This document shows positions 20,481 through 29,339 of a DNA stretch of 64,000 nt, one piece after another (position 1 is the first letter of the stretch; every line of letters begins with the position of its first letter). The stretch covers positions 3,936,001 to 4,000,000 of the forward strand of contig OY764216.1 of assembly GCA_963668315.1 (NCBI GenBank), given 5' to 3'. The translations under genes were made by a program, and so were the position numbers. The stretch is from Spirochaetia bacterium. GTDB lineage: Bacteria; Spirochaetota; Spirochaetia; DSM-2461. The notes beneath the pieces were generated by a model. It had not been told where the DNA came from. It was given only the letters and a program-made list of their open reading frames with translations, and searched no databases.

Positions 20481-21417
20481 TCTTTTCCTGTTAGCCGGAT
20501 CTGTCCTTCTCGTCGCCCAGTCAGCCTATCCCGAGATCAATACCACTTACATCTACGGCGATGTGCTCTTTCGCCAGCATCAGGAAGCCCTGGCAAGGTC
20601 CCAGATCATAATGGCCCGGATGGGTGGGGCCTCTCTTGAGGCGGAAGAACGGGAAACCCTTAAGGAAAGGCTCCTCGGCGAGCTCTTCTTCTTTTCCTAC
20701 CGTCCCGGAGAACACGATACGGTATTCACCGTCGCGGCGGACTTCTCCCTCTCTCCCGATACCATAGCGTCTCTCAACGGCCTGGAAAGATCGGCCTATT
20801 TCGACCGTCTTGATACGCTCATCATTCCCACCGTACCGGGATTGTATATCAGAAAGGACGGCGGGAATGAGCTGGAAAGGCGAATGAGGAGCAACAGGGA
20901 AGGAAGCGATAGTGCCGCCCTCCCCTTGACCCTCTCCCGGGAAGGAGTCAAAGTATCCTTTCAATTTTTCCCCAACCGCACATTCAGCGGGGAGGAGAGG
21001 CTCTACTTCATATCCCTGCCCTTCCGCAGCCCCCTCGATCATTACTGGGAGATAACTTCCCCCTTCGGAATGAGAAATCATCCGGTGACCGGAGAGTGGG
21101 AACACCACAACGGCATCGATGTGAGAGCCCCCCGGGGAACCGCCGTTTTCGCCGCCGAGAAAGGAACAATTATCAAGGCGGCGGAACTGGACAATTATGG
21201 AATAATCCTTATACTTAAGCATAGGGGGGGATACGAAACCAGATACGCCCACCTCGACGAGATTTACGTAAAAGAGGGGGACAGTGTGGCACGAGGACAA
21301 ATGATCGCCCGTTCCGGAAATACCGGTTTATCGACAGGACCTCATCTGCATTTCGAGATCCGCCTCAACGGCCTTACAGTGGATCCGACAAAGCTAGTTT
21401 CCCAGGGGAGCCGCTAA
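20455..21417 (+). CDS. M23 family metallopeptidase with LysM-like domain
   Basis: Signal peptide, HNGID, YAHL, GNTGLSTGPHLHFE. Confidence 0.9.
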   Translation: MNISRLFFSLFLLAGSVLLVAQSAYPEINTTYIYGDVLFRQHQEALARSQIIMARMGGASLEAEERETLKERLLGELFFFSYRPGEHDTVFTVAADFSLSPDTIASLNGLERSAYFDRLDTLIIPTVPGLYIRKDGGNELERRMRSNREGSDSAALPLTLSREGVKVSFQFFPNRTFSGEERLYFISLPFRSPLDHYWEITSPFGMRNHPVTGEWEHHNGIDVRAPRGTAVFAAEKGTIIKAAELDNYGIILILKHRGGYETRYAHLDEIYVKEGDSVARGQMIARSGNTGLSTGPHLHFEIRLNGLTVDPTKLVSQGSR

Positions 21418-22398
21418 TTGAATAAGACCGCCGCCTTGATAAATTTGTTCCTACTCAGTCTCCTTCCCCTTTTCAGTGAAAACATTGTGGGTACGATGAG
21501 AGGCCAGCTGATTCTGGAAAACGGCCATGAAACGTCCCAGGTGGAGTTAAAGCTGGAAGATCTTGCTTCGGCCGACTATCTTTTTGACAATCCCTTCGTC
21601 CAGGGAGTTGAGCTCGTCTTCTCCATCCCCGAAAACACGAGGAATTTCCGTAACAGTTTTGCCCTTTACCTGTACAGGGAGATCCAGCCTGAGCCGGACA
21701 CCTCCATTTCCCATTACCGGGGGAGTCAGTTTTTCATGCAGATTCTTCCCTATACATCGGAATTTTCCCTGAAGATCCCCTTCGACAGCAGCCACACCCT
21801 CAGGAAGGAAGCCGATTCCGTGGTAACGGCCCCCATCGGGAAGGATGATTTCCCCCTCGTCATCACCATGCTTCCCATTTCAAAAGGCCTTCCCCCCCAG
21901 GGTAAAAACGCTTCCGTAACCATGACGGTCCGTCCCCTTTACTCCGAAAAGGGCGGATTACGCCTTATCATCGATGACGAAGAGGGGCTCCTTGAAGAGG
22001 AGACGGCCGTGATGATTGACGATTCGGAGGTGGAATGGCCCCAGGACTATTACTCTCTTGATCCCGGTTTTCACCGTGTGGTAATTAATAATCCCCAGGG
22101 GGGAACACGGGAATTCAATATTGCCGTGGAACAGGGGAAATTCACCGAAGTCCGCCACACCATGCAGAGGGCCCTTCCCCGGGTTATTTTCAGTCCGGAA
22201 GAGGGAGTAAGCTATTATCTGGACGGGGAAGAAATTCCCCGTGCCGATCAGGGCCGCCCCCTGGATTGCGAACCGGGACGCCATACGGTCTCCGTCAGAC
22301 TGAACGACCAGATTACCCTGAGCGAAGAATATACCTTTTCTCCCGGCGAAAATGTCACTATTTCCCTAGACCTGCAAATTTTACTGGAAAAAGACTAA
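21418..22398 (+). CDS. Exported hypothetical protein with PEGA-like C-terminal repeats
   Basis: Signal peptide; two ID/LDG...PG.H.V units. Confidence 0.6.
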   Translation: MNKTAALINLFLLSLLPLFSENIVGTMRGQLILENGHETSQVELKLEDLASADYLFDNPFVQGVELVFSIPENTRNFRNSFALYLYREIQPEPDTSISHYRGSQFFMQILPYTSEFSLKIPFDSSHTLRKEADSVVTAPIGKDDFPLVITMLPISKGLPPQGKNASVTMTVRPLYSEKGGLRLIIDDEEGLLEEETAVMIDDSEVEWPQDYYSLDPGFHRVVINNPQGGTREFNIAVEQGKFTEVRHTMQRALPRVIFSPEEGVSYYLDGEEIPRADQGRPLDCEPGRHTVSVRLNDQITLSEEYTFSPGENVTISLDLQILLEKD

Positions 22399-22404
22399 AC
22401 CTCT

Positions 22405-22502
22405 GGCCCCCCGGCGCCGATGGTGTAAATGTTAGAGCTACCAGGATAGTACCCCTCCCAGTTATCTATGCTGGCATCTAACCCCATCGTTTTGGGAAGG
22501 CC
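22405..22502 (+). ncRNA. Candidate structured small RNA (long stem-loop with C-rich loop)
   Basis: Nested pairings CGATGG/CCATCG, GTTAGA/TCTAAC, CCAG/CTGG, GATAGT/GTTATC around loop ACCCCTCCCA. Confidence 0.4.
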
Positions 22503-22522
22503 GGCTTATGCCGGCCTTTTTT
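22497..22522 (+). terminator. Rho-independent terminator
   Basis: AAGGCCGGC-TTAT-GCCGGCCTT followed by a T-run. Confidence 0.85.
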
Positions 22523-22563
22523 CGCACTTGACAAAAAAGAGCCAGACACGTACTGTAATCACC

Positions 22564-25143
22564 ATGTTCTTCACCGGAAAACGTAAGGTTATCATATATA
22601 TATTAATAGCATGTATGGGGTTATCCTCGGTACTGCTTTCCCTGGGAATGGGCCTGGCCGTGGCAAAGACGGTCAACTTGAAAAACAACGAGGAATTCGG
22701 TGAAGTAACCACGGCCCTTCCTTCCGTTCTTCTTGACGTGGAAGGGCGGGTCATAACGGAATTTTTCTCCGATGAGAAGAGAGAAAATGTTTCCCTGACG
22801 GAGCTTCCCAAAAATCTCATTTACGCCATTATCACCAGAGAAGATGCCAGCTACTTCTATCACAGCGGTATTTCCGTCATAGGCACCCTTAAAGCCATCA
22901 TACAGAACGTTGTCACCGGTTCTCTTCGCGGAGCCAGTACGATTACCCAGCAGCTGGCCGGTAATATTTATGCCGACCGTTCCGACGTGTCGGTAACCAG
23001 AAAGCTCAAGGAACTCTGGTACTCCTTCCAGATGGAGAGGCAGTACACAAAGGGTGAAATTCTAGAAAGGTATCTGAACAGGGTCGGCTTCGGCCACAAT
23101 ACCTATGGCGTGGAAACGGCCTCCGAATACTACTTTGATCATCCCGCAGCGGAAAACACCATTGCCGAATCGGCCATGCTGGTAATACAGGTAGCCAACC
23201 CCACGGGACGGTTCTCCCCCTTCCGCAATCCCGAGTTCGCCAGGGACAGACAGACATTCGTCATCAATGAGATGGCCGACAACGGCTATATAGACAGGGA
23301 AAAGGGAATGCTCTCCCTGGACCGCTACTGGATGGGCTTCGACTGGTCCAAGGATAATTACTCCTCCGCCTTTTACGAAAGGGATGACAAGGCCCCCTGG
23401 TTCAGCGAATACATACGTAATCAGCTGGATGAAATGCTCTTCGGCCAGAAGAACATCTACCGGGACGGTTACGTCGTTCATTCCACCCTGGATCTTGACG
23501 TGCAGGCCGTAGCCGACAGAACTCTCGCCGCAGGACGGGAAGACTGGACCACGACGTACGAGAGAAACCTCAACAAGAAAGTTAGCACCACCAACGCCGC
23601 CTACGCCAGCATGATAGATCTTCTTTCCCTCGTCTTCAATATCGATGATCTGCGCGTCGCGGGCAAGCAGGAACGTCGGGAAGCCCAGGAACAGTACTAC
23701 AATGAAATAACCCCCGTCATGGATGTTATCTCCCTCCTTTTCGGGATAGACGATCTGAAATATCTGGTTAATATGTCCTACGCGAAAAATTCCGACAGGA
23801 AAAAGCTTTCCACCATTCAGACTGCCCTTCTTACCCTGGGGAACCTGGATGAAAACGAAGGATATATAACCGCGATGATCGGGGGTAACCAGTACGACCG
23901 GGATAATAAGTACAACCGCGTTCTTCTGGGCACGCTTCAACCCGGTTCCAGCTTCAAGCCACTCTATTACTCGGCGGCCATCGCTTCAAGAAAATTCACC
24001 CCGGCTACCAGACTCTGGGACGGCCCCATCGCCTTCAGAAACCCCGACGGAACTTACTATACCCCTCAAAACTATAAAGGGACCTGGAACGGCCATTTCC
24101 TGCTGAGAAGAGCTCTCGCCACCAGTCAGAATGTTCCCTCCCTCCAGGTTCTCGACGGTATAGGCTTCGTCAAGGCAATCGATATGGCAGCCGCCCTCAT
24201 GGGTATTGACGACGAAGAGGAAAAACTTGCCGTTTTCCCCCGTCTTTTCCCTCTGGGACTCGGCATTATCGAAGCTGCACCGATCCAGATGGCCCAGGCT
24301 TACGCCACCATCAGCAACGAAGGCCGCCGGGTTAACCCCTTGGCCATACGCTATGTTGAGGACAGAAACGGCGCCATTATTCTCAATCCCGAGAAAGATC
24401 TTCGAGAGGAACAGAGAAAAAACCCCGTGCAGGTACTCACGCCGCAGGAAGCCTATATTATGACAAGCATCCTGCACTCCACCACAACGATTGGTACATT
24501 GCGGGGAGGCACCAAATGGGGTACCATTATCCCTGGGATTGAACTTGCCGGTAAAACGGGAACCACGCAGAACTGGTCCGATGCCTGGACCTGCGGTTTT
24601 TCCCCCTACTATACCACGGTCATGTGGGCAGGTTTTGACAGAAAGGGAGCTACCCTTGGTGTCGAGCTGACAGGCTCCACTGCAACCGGTATGTACTGGG
24701 GTCCCTATATGCGTGATATTCATAAGGGACTCCCTCCGAAGAGTTTTGAGAGACCGGAAACGGGAATTGTGGAAGTGGAGATTTGTTCCGAGTCGGGAAA
24801 AATCCCCACCGATGCCTGTCCCAACAGTTATTCAGAAGTATTTCTCGCCGGCACGGAACCGACCGAATTCTGCGACTATCACACCTACACGGCTGAAACG
24901 AAAGAGCAGAGCGTCGATAAGCTCATGGGGTCAATCGATCTACTGGGCGACGAAGTATTCTCCCAGTACAATCCCCTGGAAGACAGCCTGAAAAGTGTCG
25001 GATCATCTCTGGATGATTTTGCCCGTTCCCTGGGACTCGATCCTGAACAGACGGAAGAATCGGACAGCAATGACGGCTCCTATCCGGGAAGCTCAACAAG
25101 CAGCGGCGATGACGCGCCGGTCAGCGGATTCCTGCTGGACTAG
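22564..25143 (+). CDS. Class A penicillin-binding protein 1A
   Basis: TM, EDASY, GASTITQQL, RKLKE; transpeptidase SSFK, SQN, KTG. Confidence 0.93.
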   Translation: MFFTGKRKVIIYILIACMGLSSVLLSLGMGLAVAKTVNLKNNEEFGEVTTALPSVLLDVEGRVITEFFSDEKRENVSLTELPKNLIYAIITREDASYFYHSGISVIGTLKAIIQNVVTGSLRGASTITQQLAGNIYADRSDVSVTRKLKELWYSFQMERQYTKGEILERYLNRVGFGHNTYGVETASEYYFDHPAAENTIAESAMLVIQVANPTGRFSPFRNPEFARDRQTFVINEMADNGYIDREKGMLSLDRYWMGFDWSKDNYSSAFYERDDKAPWFSEYIRNQLDEMLFGQKNIYRDGYVVHSTLDLDVQAVADRTLAAGREDWTTTYERNLNKKVSTTNAAYASMIDLLSLVFNIDDLRVAGKQERREAQEQYYNEITPVMDVISLLFGIDDLKYLVNMSYAKNSDRKKLSTIQTALLTLGNLDENEGYITAMIGGNQYDRDNKYNRVLLGTLQPGSSFKPLYYSAAIASRKFTPATRLWDGPIAFRNPDGTYYTPQNYKGTWNGHFLLRRALATSQNVPSLQVLDGIGFVKAIDMAAALMGIDDEEEKLAVFPRLFPLGLGIIEAAPIQMAQAYATISNEGRRVNPLAIRYVEDRNGAIILNPEKDLREEQRKNPVQVLTPQEAYIMTSILHSTTTIGTLRGGTKWGTIIPGIELAGKTGTTQNWSDAWTCGFSPYYTTVMWAGFDRKGATLGVELTGSTATGMYWGPYMRDIHKGLPPKSFERPETGIVEVEICSESGKIPTDACPNSYSEVFLAGTEPTEFCDYHTYTAETKEQSVDKLMGSIDLLGDEVFSQYNPLEDSLKSVGSSLDDFARSLGLDPEQTEESDSNDGSYPGSSTSSGDDAPVSGFLLD

Positions 25144-25178
25144 CAGGGATCCCTTCGACAGGCACGACTTAACAAAGA

Positions 25179-26003
25179 TTATTGGGGATAGTATTTTTTG
25201 AGGGAATATATCCTCATTTCCTCTATATCGAAATGATCCGTCATGCTTGATCCGTAGAACCCGAATCGCCAGTATTTTCTCAGAGGATTAGTTTTCGAAA
25301 GATCAATATCAATGGACACTCCTCCCTCTGCCAGGGTCCCGGAGGAGTAACGCGTTATGAAATTCGTACTGCCGTCATAGCTGGAGGTGAGCGAGAATCC
25401 GTCGCAACCGGAAGAGTTCTCTCCCAAGTCGATATAGAAACGGTCGATAGTCACTGTTTCGTCGAAAGTCAGATACATGTAGGAATATCCCGGTGTCGTA
25501 CTGGCGGAATATCGTGACCAGGAAGTGTCTTCATCATCATCAAAAGCCAGATAGGCATCATCGGACAGGCTTATCGTATTACCCGCAGCCGCGGAAAGAG
25601 ACACGCCGGAATAGCTTGTATTGCTGGTCATAGGCTCATCGATCAGCTCCACCCACTGCGCGAGAGTACAGGAAATAAGCGTATTGCTGCTGATATTCAC
25701 CGAACAGGAAACACTGTCCGTCTCAGTGATGCCATTGTCATTGACGATCCGGATAACATCGACGAGATAATTATCCCTGGGAGTTACCGTCAATGACAGA
25801 GTGGCGCCATTCGGGACCATGTAAACCGAATCCACCGGTACTCCGTCCACGTCTACCTGATAGGTACAGTAAGTCTCGTCTATACGAAGATCTACGATAA
25901 AACTGCCGCCTGACGGGGAATTAGAACCGGAATCCTCACAACCGAAAAAAGCGAAAGCCATGCAGACAGCGAAGACAATTTGCATAATTCTGATATTCGA
26001 CAT
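25179..26003 (-). CDS. Lipoprotein with Ig-like and discoidin/F5-8-like domains
   Basis: Lipobox FFGC; AYLAFD.D..TSW, RKYWRF, IEEMRIY. Confidence 0.6.
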   Translation of the reverse strand: MSNIRIMQIVFAVCMAFAFFGCEDSGSNSPSGGSFIVDLRIDETYCTYQVDVDGVPVDSVYMVPNGATLSLTVTPRDNYLVDVIRIVNDNGITETDSVSCSVNISSNTLISCTLAQWVELIDEPMTSNTSYSGVSLSAAAGNTISLSDDAYLAFDDDEDTSWSRYSASTTPGYSYMYLTFDETVTIDRFYIDLGENSSGCDGFSLTSSYDGSTNFITRYSSGTLAEGGVSIDIDLSKTNPLRKYWRFGFYGSSMTDHFDIEEMRIYSLKKYYPQ

Positions 26004-26133
26004 TCGAACACCTCCTTCTTTCTCTATATAGATACATCAGAGGAAGAAAAAAATCATCAACTACACAGAATATACATCTGTTCACTATTTTTTCAAAACC
26101 ATAACCCTCCCGGGTTACGGCTGAAATCCATCT

Positions 26134-27714
26134 CTATCTGTTCCAGATTTCTTTGTAGGTATAACTTCTCTCGCAATAGTGGCAGACAAAGGACTCCCCT
26201 TCCCTCCTGAACATCGTATTGATATGCTGATGCCCCTCGGGATGGGAGATACAATTCTCGTTCTTACAGGAGATCTCTTCAAAATTGTAAATACGCGGAG
26301 GCATATGCAGGCGGAATTTCTTCTCCACCGACTGGTCTTTGATAAAGTTCAGAGTACAGCCGGGAGCAACGGCGGCCAGCTTTTTAATATCCTTCTGCTC
26401 CAGGGTGAGTATATCGGGCAGGGAAATGATCCCCTTGAACTGGGCGGGATCACTGGTATGAAAAACACCGTGGGAGCCGCGGTAATTTAATCCTAGAACA
26501 TGCCGGATTCGGTTGATCTGGTCCCATATCTCTTCAATCTGATCACCTGTGGCGATATGGTCGATGACGATTCCTTCGTCAACCGGCTTTATTCCGACCT
26601 TATACCTGTCCTGTACCCGGCTCTTCCTCTTCACCGGCACGATTTCTATATAATCCTCTCTCTCGGCCTCTTCCTGCGGATGACTTCCCTCGAAATCGTC
26701 CCCCAGACGTCCTCCTACCATACCGATTTCCACAATTCTCGTATAGTAACCATTGATAGACTGCTCATCCCAGCCGTTCAGAGGAGTTCTGTCCAGGAAT
26801 GAGGGAATTACCGGATGAACCCGGTGACGGGGCAGAGGGTGATAAAACCGGGAGCCGGCGGGAAGTTTATCCATAAACCGTTCCTGAAAGGTGACCGATT
26901 CCCGAAGGGATTCGGCCTTATCCAGAATCTTATCCCCCATTCGCTCCAGCTGCAGCCGGGTGAAATACCATATATCCGCCACATCCCTCTGGGAAAGATA
27001 CTCCTCGATGCTGCGGAATTTTCGTACCGTAAAACCGTTTGCCATCATTCGCTCTTCATAATATTCGGGAAGAGCCAATTCGGGAGGAGCGACAAGATCG
27101 ACCTTAACATTATCGAAGATGCGCAGTCCGTCGACCTTGGAATGCACTGTTCTGCCGTGATAGAGATCACCGGTCAGCACGATATGGATACTGTGGCTGT
27201 TCCAGTCTTTATGCTCAAGAAAGGAAAACTCATCGAGAAACTCCTGGGTAGGATGTTCATGCTTTCCGTCTCCGCCATTGATAAAACCGGGTTTTTCCCT
27301 TCCCAGCTTTTCGGCATAATGGGCCAGTTCCTCCTGTAAAGCCCGGCACACACCCTCTTCGGGAGTTCTCATGATAAAGATAGAGTTTTTACTGTATCCA
27401 TAGAGCATCTTAATGGTGTCGGTAAAGCTTTCCGCCTTTTTGAAGGAGGAAGTGGAAGCATCAAAGTTGTTCATTTTGATATTATGGAACAGAGCGGCGT
27501 TTCTGAAGGACTCCTTCGTTCTTGTACTGTTTTCCAGAAAAATGAGATAGGCGGCACAGTCGGGATCGTTCAGCATAAAATCAGAACAATCCTCACCGGC
27601 CAGATATTTTCTTTTCAGCTCCGCCGCCTTTCTGTATAGATAGAGCTGTTCGTCCCGGGAGAGATCATTTACGACAGTAATTGATCTTCCTTTGAAAACA
27701 CCGTTATTCCCCAT
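26134..27714 (-). CDS. pyrBI: Fused aspartate carbamoyltransferase catalytic and regulatory subunits
   Basis: FLENSTRT, HPTQ, HPLPR, then GIVIDHI and zinc site CKNENC...CHYC. Confidence 0.93.
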   Translation of the reverse strand: MGNNGVFKGRSITVVNDLSRDEQLYLYRKAAELKRKYLAGEDCSDFMLNDPDCAAYLIFLENSTRTKESFRNAALFHNIKMNNFDASTSSFKKAESFTDTIKMLYGYSKNSIFIMRTPEEGVCRALQEELAHYAEKLGREKPGFINGGDGKHEHPTQEFLDEFSFLEHKDWNSHSIHIVLTGDLYHGRTVHSKVDGLRIFDNVKVDLVAPPELALPEYYEERMMANGFTVRKFRSIEEYLSQRDVADIWYFTRLQLERMGDKILDKAESLRESVTFQERFMDKLPAGSRFYHPLPRHRVHPVIPSFLDRTPLNGWDEQSINGYYTRIVEIGMVGGRLGDDFEGSHPQEEAEREDYIEIVPVKRKSRVQDRYKVGIKPVDEGIVIDHIATGDQIEEIWDQINRIRHVLGLNYRGSHGVFHTSDPAQFKGIISLPDILTLEQKDIKKLAAVAPGCTLNFIKDQSVEKKFRLHMPPRIYNFEEISCKNENCISHPEGHQHINTMFRREGESFVCHYCERSYTYKEIWNR

Positions 27715-29231
27715 TATTCAAGCTCCTTATCTACTGTTAATGTGTTACTGTTCAATTCCAGAACGGTTCCGGATGGACTTTGGACATATAATTTACCGTT
27801 GTAGAACATGATGTCCGTCATGGGCTCCACATTTCCCGATGAGGCTCCGGTCAGCTTCAGCTCTTTGTCAAAACGTCCCAGCCTCCAGGAACTGCCGTCC
27901 CTGTAGACCATATATACCTGATTGCTCTTATCCACGGCGACCTGGGTACCGGGGAAAACTTCCTCTTCCCCCTTAAGGGAGATGGCCAGGTTCTCCCTGT
28001 CTATGATCATGGGAACCACTTTATCAGTTCTGCGGTCTTTGGCGATGGCCAGAAATCCGCCGGCGAATTCCCTGTTGGACCGGCCGTAGATAGTGGTGAC
28101 AGTGGATTCCTTCTCTTTCTTACCGCTTGTCAGATCATAAAGAGAAATAGTACCGTAGGAGTACCCCTCCTCCTTGCCTGTCTGGCTGAAGAAAAACAGG
28201 GGAACCGCGCTCTCCTCCGCCGGGGAGACAAATACGGATTCCTTCTTCTCCACGTCCGGGTCCCCTTGGGAAATGATCTCATTTTCATCGGAGGCGATTT
28301 CATCCCTCATATCCAGAACTTCTTCGGTATTCTTTTCCAGCTCTTCCTGTTTTTCTTCCAGTTCCTGCTTATCTTCCTGTACCGTTTCCTGCTCTTTCTT
28401 GAGTTCCTCCAGCTTCTCTTCCTCCCGTGGATTCAAAGGGGCCTTCTGCTCTTCCAGTTCTTTAATCTGCTCGGTGAGGGCCGAATCCCTTTCATCAAGA
28501 GTCTGCTTTTCTTCCTTCAGAACTTCTTCGACCTGGCGATTTTCCTCTTCCCGGATTTCGACCATGTCCTTCCGTTCTTCAATACGCTTGTCCTCTTCCT
28601 CCTGCATAACGCTCACCACTTCTTCCGATGAGATCGTGGAGGTATCGATCCCGCTCAGCTCGGAACCGGGAGCCCGCAGGGGGATGACGATGCGGGCCTT
28701 ACCCGGCCAATCGCTCCATATCCGGGCCAGACCGCATTGAGACGGTTCCAGATTATCCAGGACTCCCTGCTTGTATTTGGAGGAAAAGTGATCTATTTTC
28801 TGATACCAGAGGGCATTGTAATATGTGATGAAGACGGCGAGAGTATAAGCCCTCTCCCTGCTGTAGCCGTAGGCCGATTCGAGATAGCCGCCGATGATAT
28901 GACGCAGGTTGGCAACGGAATCCACTGAACTGGAACTGCCCATGATAAGGATATCCCCATCCAGTCCGTTTTTTATTTCCGGCTGATAGGAGTGCACGAT
29001 CCGGTAAGGGCCGTACTGGGCGGTCAGGGGAACATCGGGTTTCACATCCTGTCCCAGGATTTCTCCTATACCCCTTATCTGCTCAAGGGTATTGATAACA
29101 TCATAGGGACCTTCATAATTAATGAACTCAATGGGTTCCGTGTTAAGAAACTCATCCTCTGCCACTTCCTGAGCCATGACCAGGAAACTCAGTACTGAAG
29201 ACAGTACAAGAAGAATCGCGCGCTTTCTCAT
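27714..29231 (-). CDS. P83/100 family protein
   Basis: IEFINYEGP, QIRGIG, AVFITYYNA, WPGK..IVIPL and a charged coiled coil, typical of spirochaetal P83/100. Confidence 0.8.
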   Translation of the reverse strand: MRKRAILLVLSSVLSFLVMAQEVAEDEFLNTEPIEFINYEGPYDVINTLEQIRGIGEILGQDVKPDVPLTAQYGPYRIVHSYQPEIKNGLDGDILIMGSSSSVDSVANLRHIIGGYLESAYGYSRERAYTLAVFITYYNALWYQKIDHFSSKYKQGVLDNLEPSQCGLARIWSDWPGKARIVIPLRAPGSELSGIDTSTISSEEVVSVMQEEEDKRIEERKDMVEIREEENRQVEEVLKEEKQTLDERDSALTEQIKELEEQKAPLNPREEEKLEELKKEQETVQEDKQELEEKQEELEKNTEEVLDMRDEIASDENEIISQGDPDVEKKESVFVSPAEESAVPLFFFSQTGKEEGYSYGTISLYDLTSGKKEKESTVTTIYGRSNREFAGGFLAIAKDRRTDKVVPMIIDRENLAISLKGEEEVFPGTQVAVDKSNQVYMVYRDGSSWRLGRFDKELKLTGASSGNVEPMTDIMFYNGKLYVQSPSGTVLELNSNTLTVDKELE

Positions 29232-29286
29232 ATTATGTATTCTAACACAAATGAAACGGGAATTATAGCTTACTTTCTTTCTTTAT

Positions 29287-29318
29287 AAAAAAAAGAACCG
29301 CCCCCGAAAGGACGGTTC
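29287..29318 (-). terminator. Rho-independent terminator
   Basis: Minus strand GAACCGTCCT-TTCG-GGGGCGGTTC followed by T8. Confidence 0.8.
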
Positions 29319-29339
29319 CCATTTTACCTTAACACGGCT

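Noticed and set aside
22405..22522. TPP or fluoride riboswitch, SRP RNA or 6S RNA identity for the hairpin
   Set aside because: Lacks the TPP CTGAGA motif, the fluoride GATGAC segment and the SRP GNRA-capped domain IV; too short for 6S
22468..22563. ORF-track N-terminal extension of PBP1A (likewise those of argJ, fabD, smr and the PHP gene)
   Set aside because: The extensions run through terminators, promoters or neighbouring genes; downstream starts fit better
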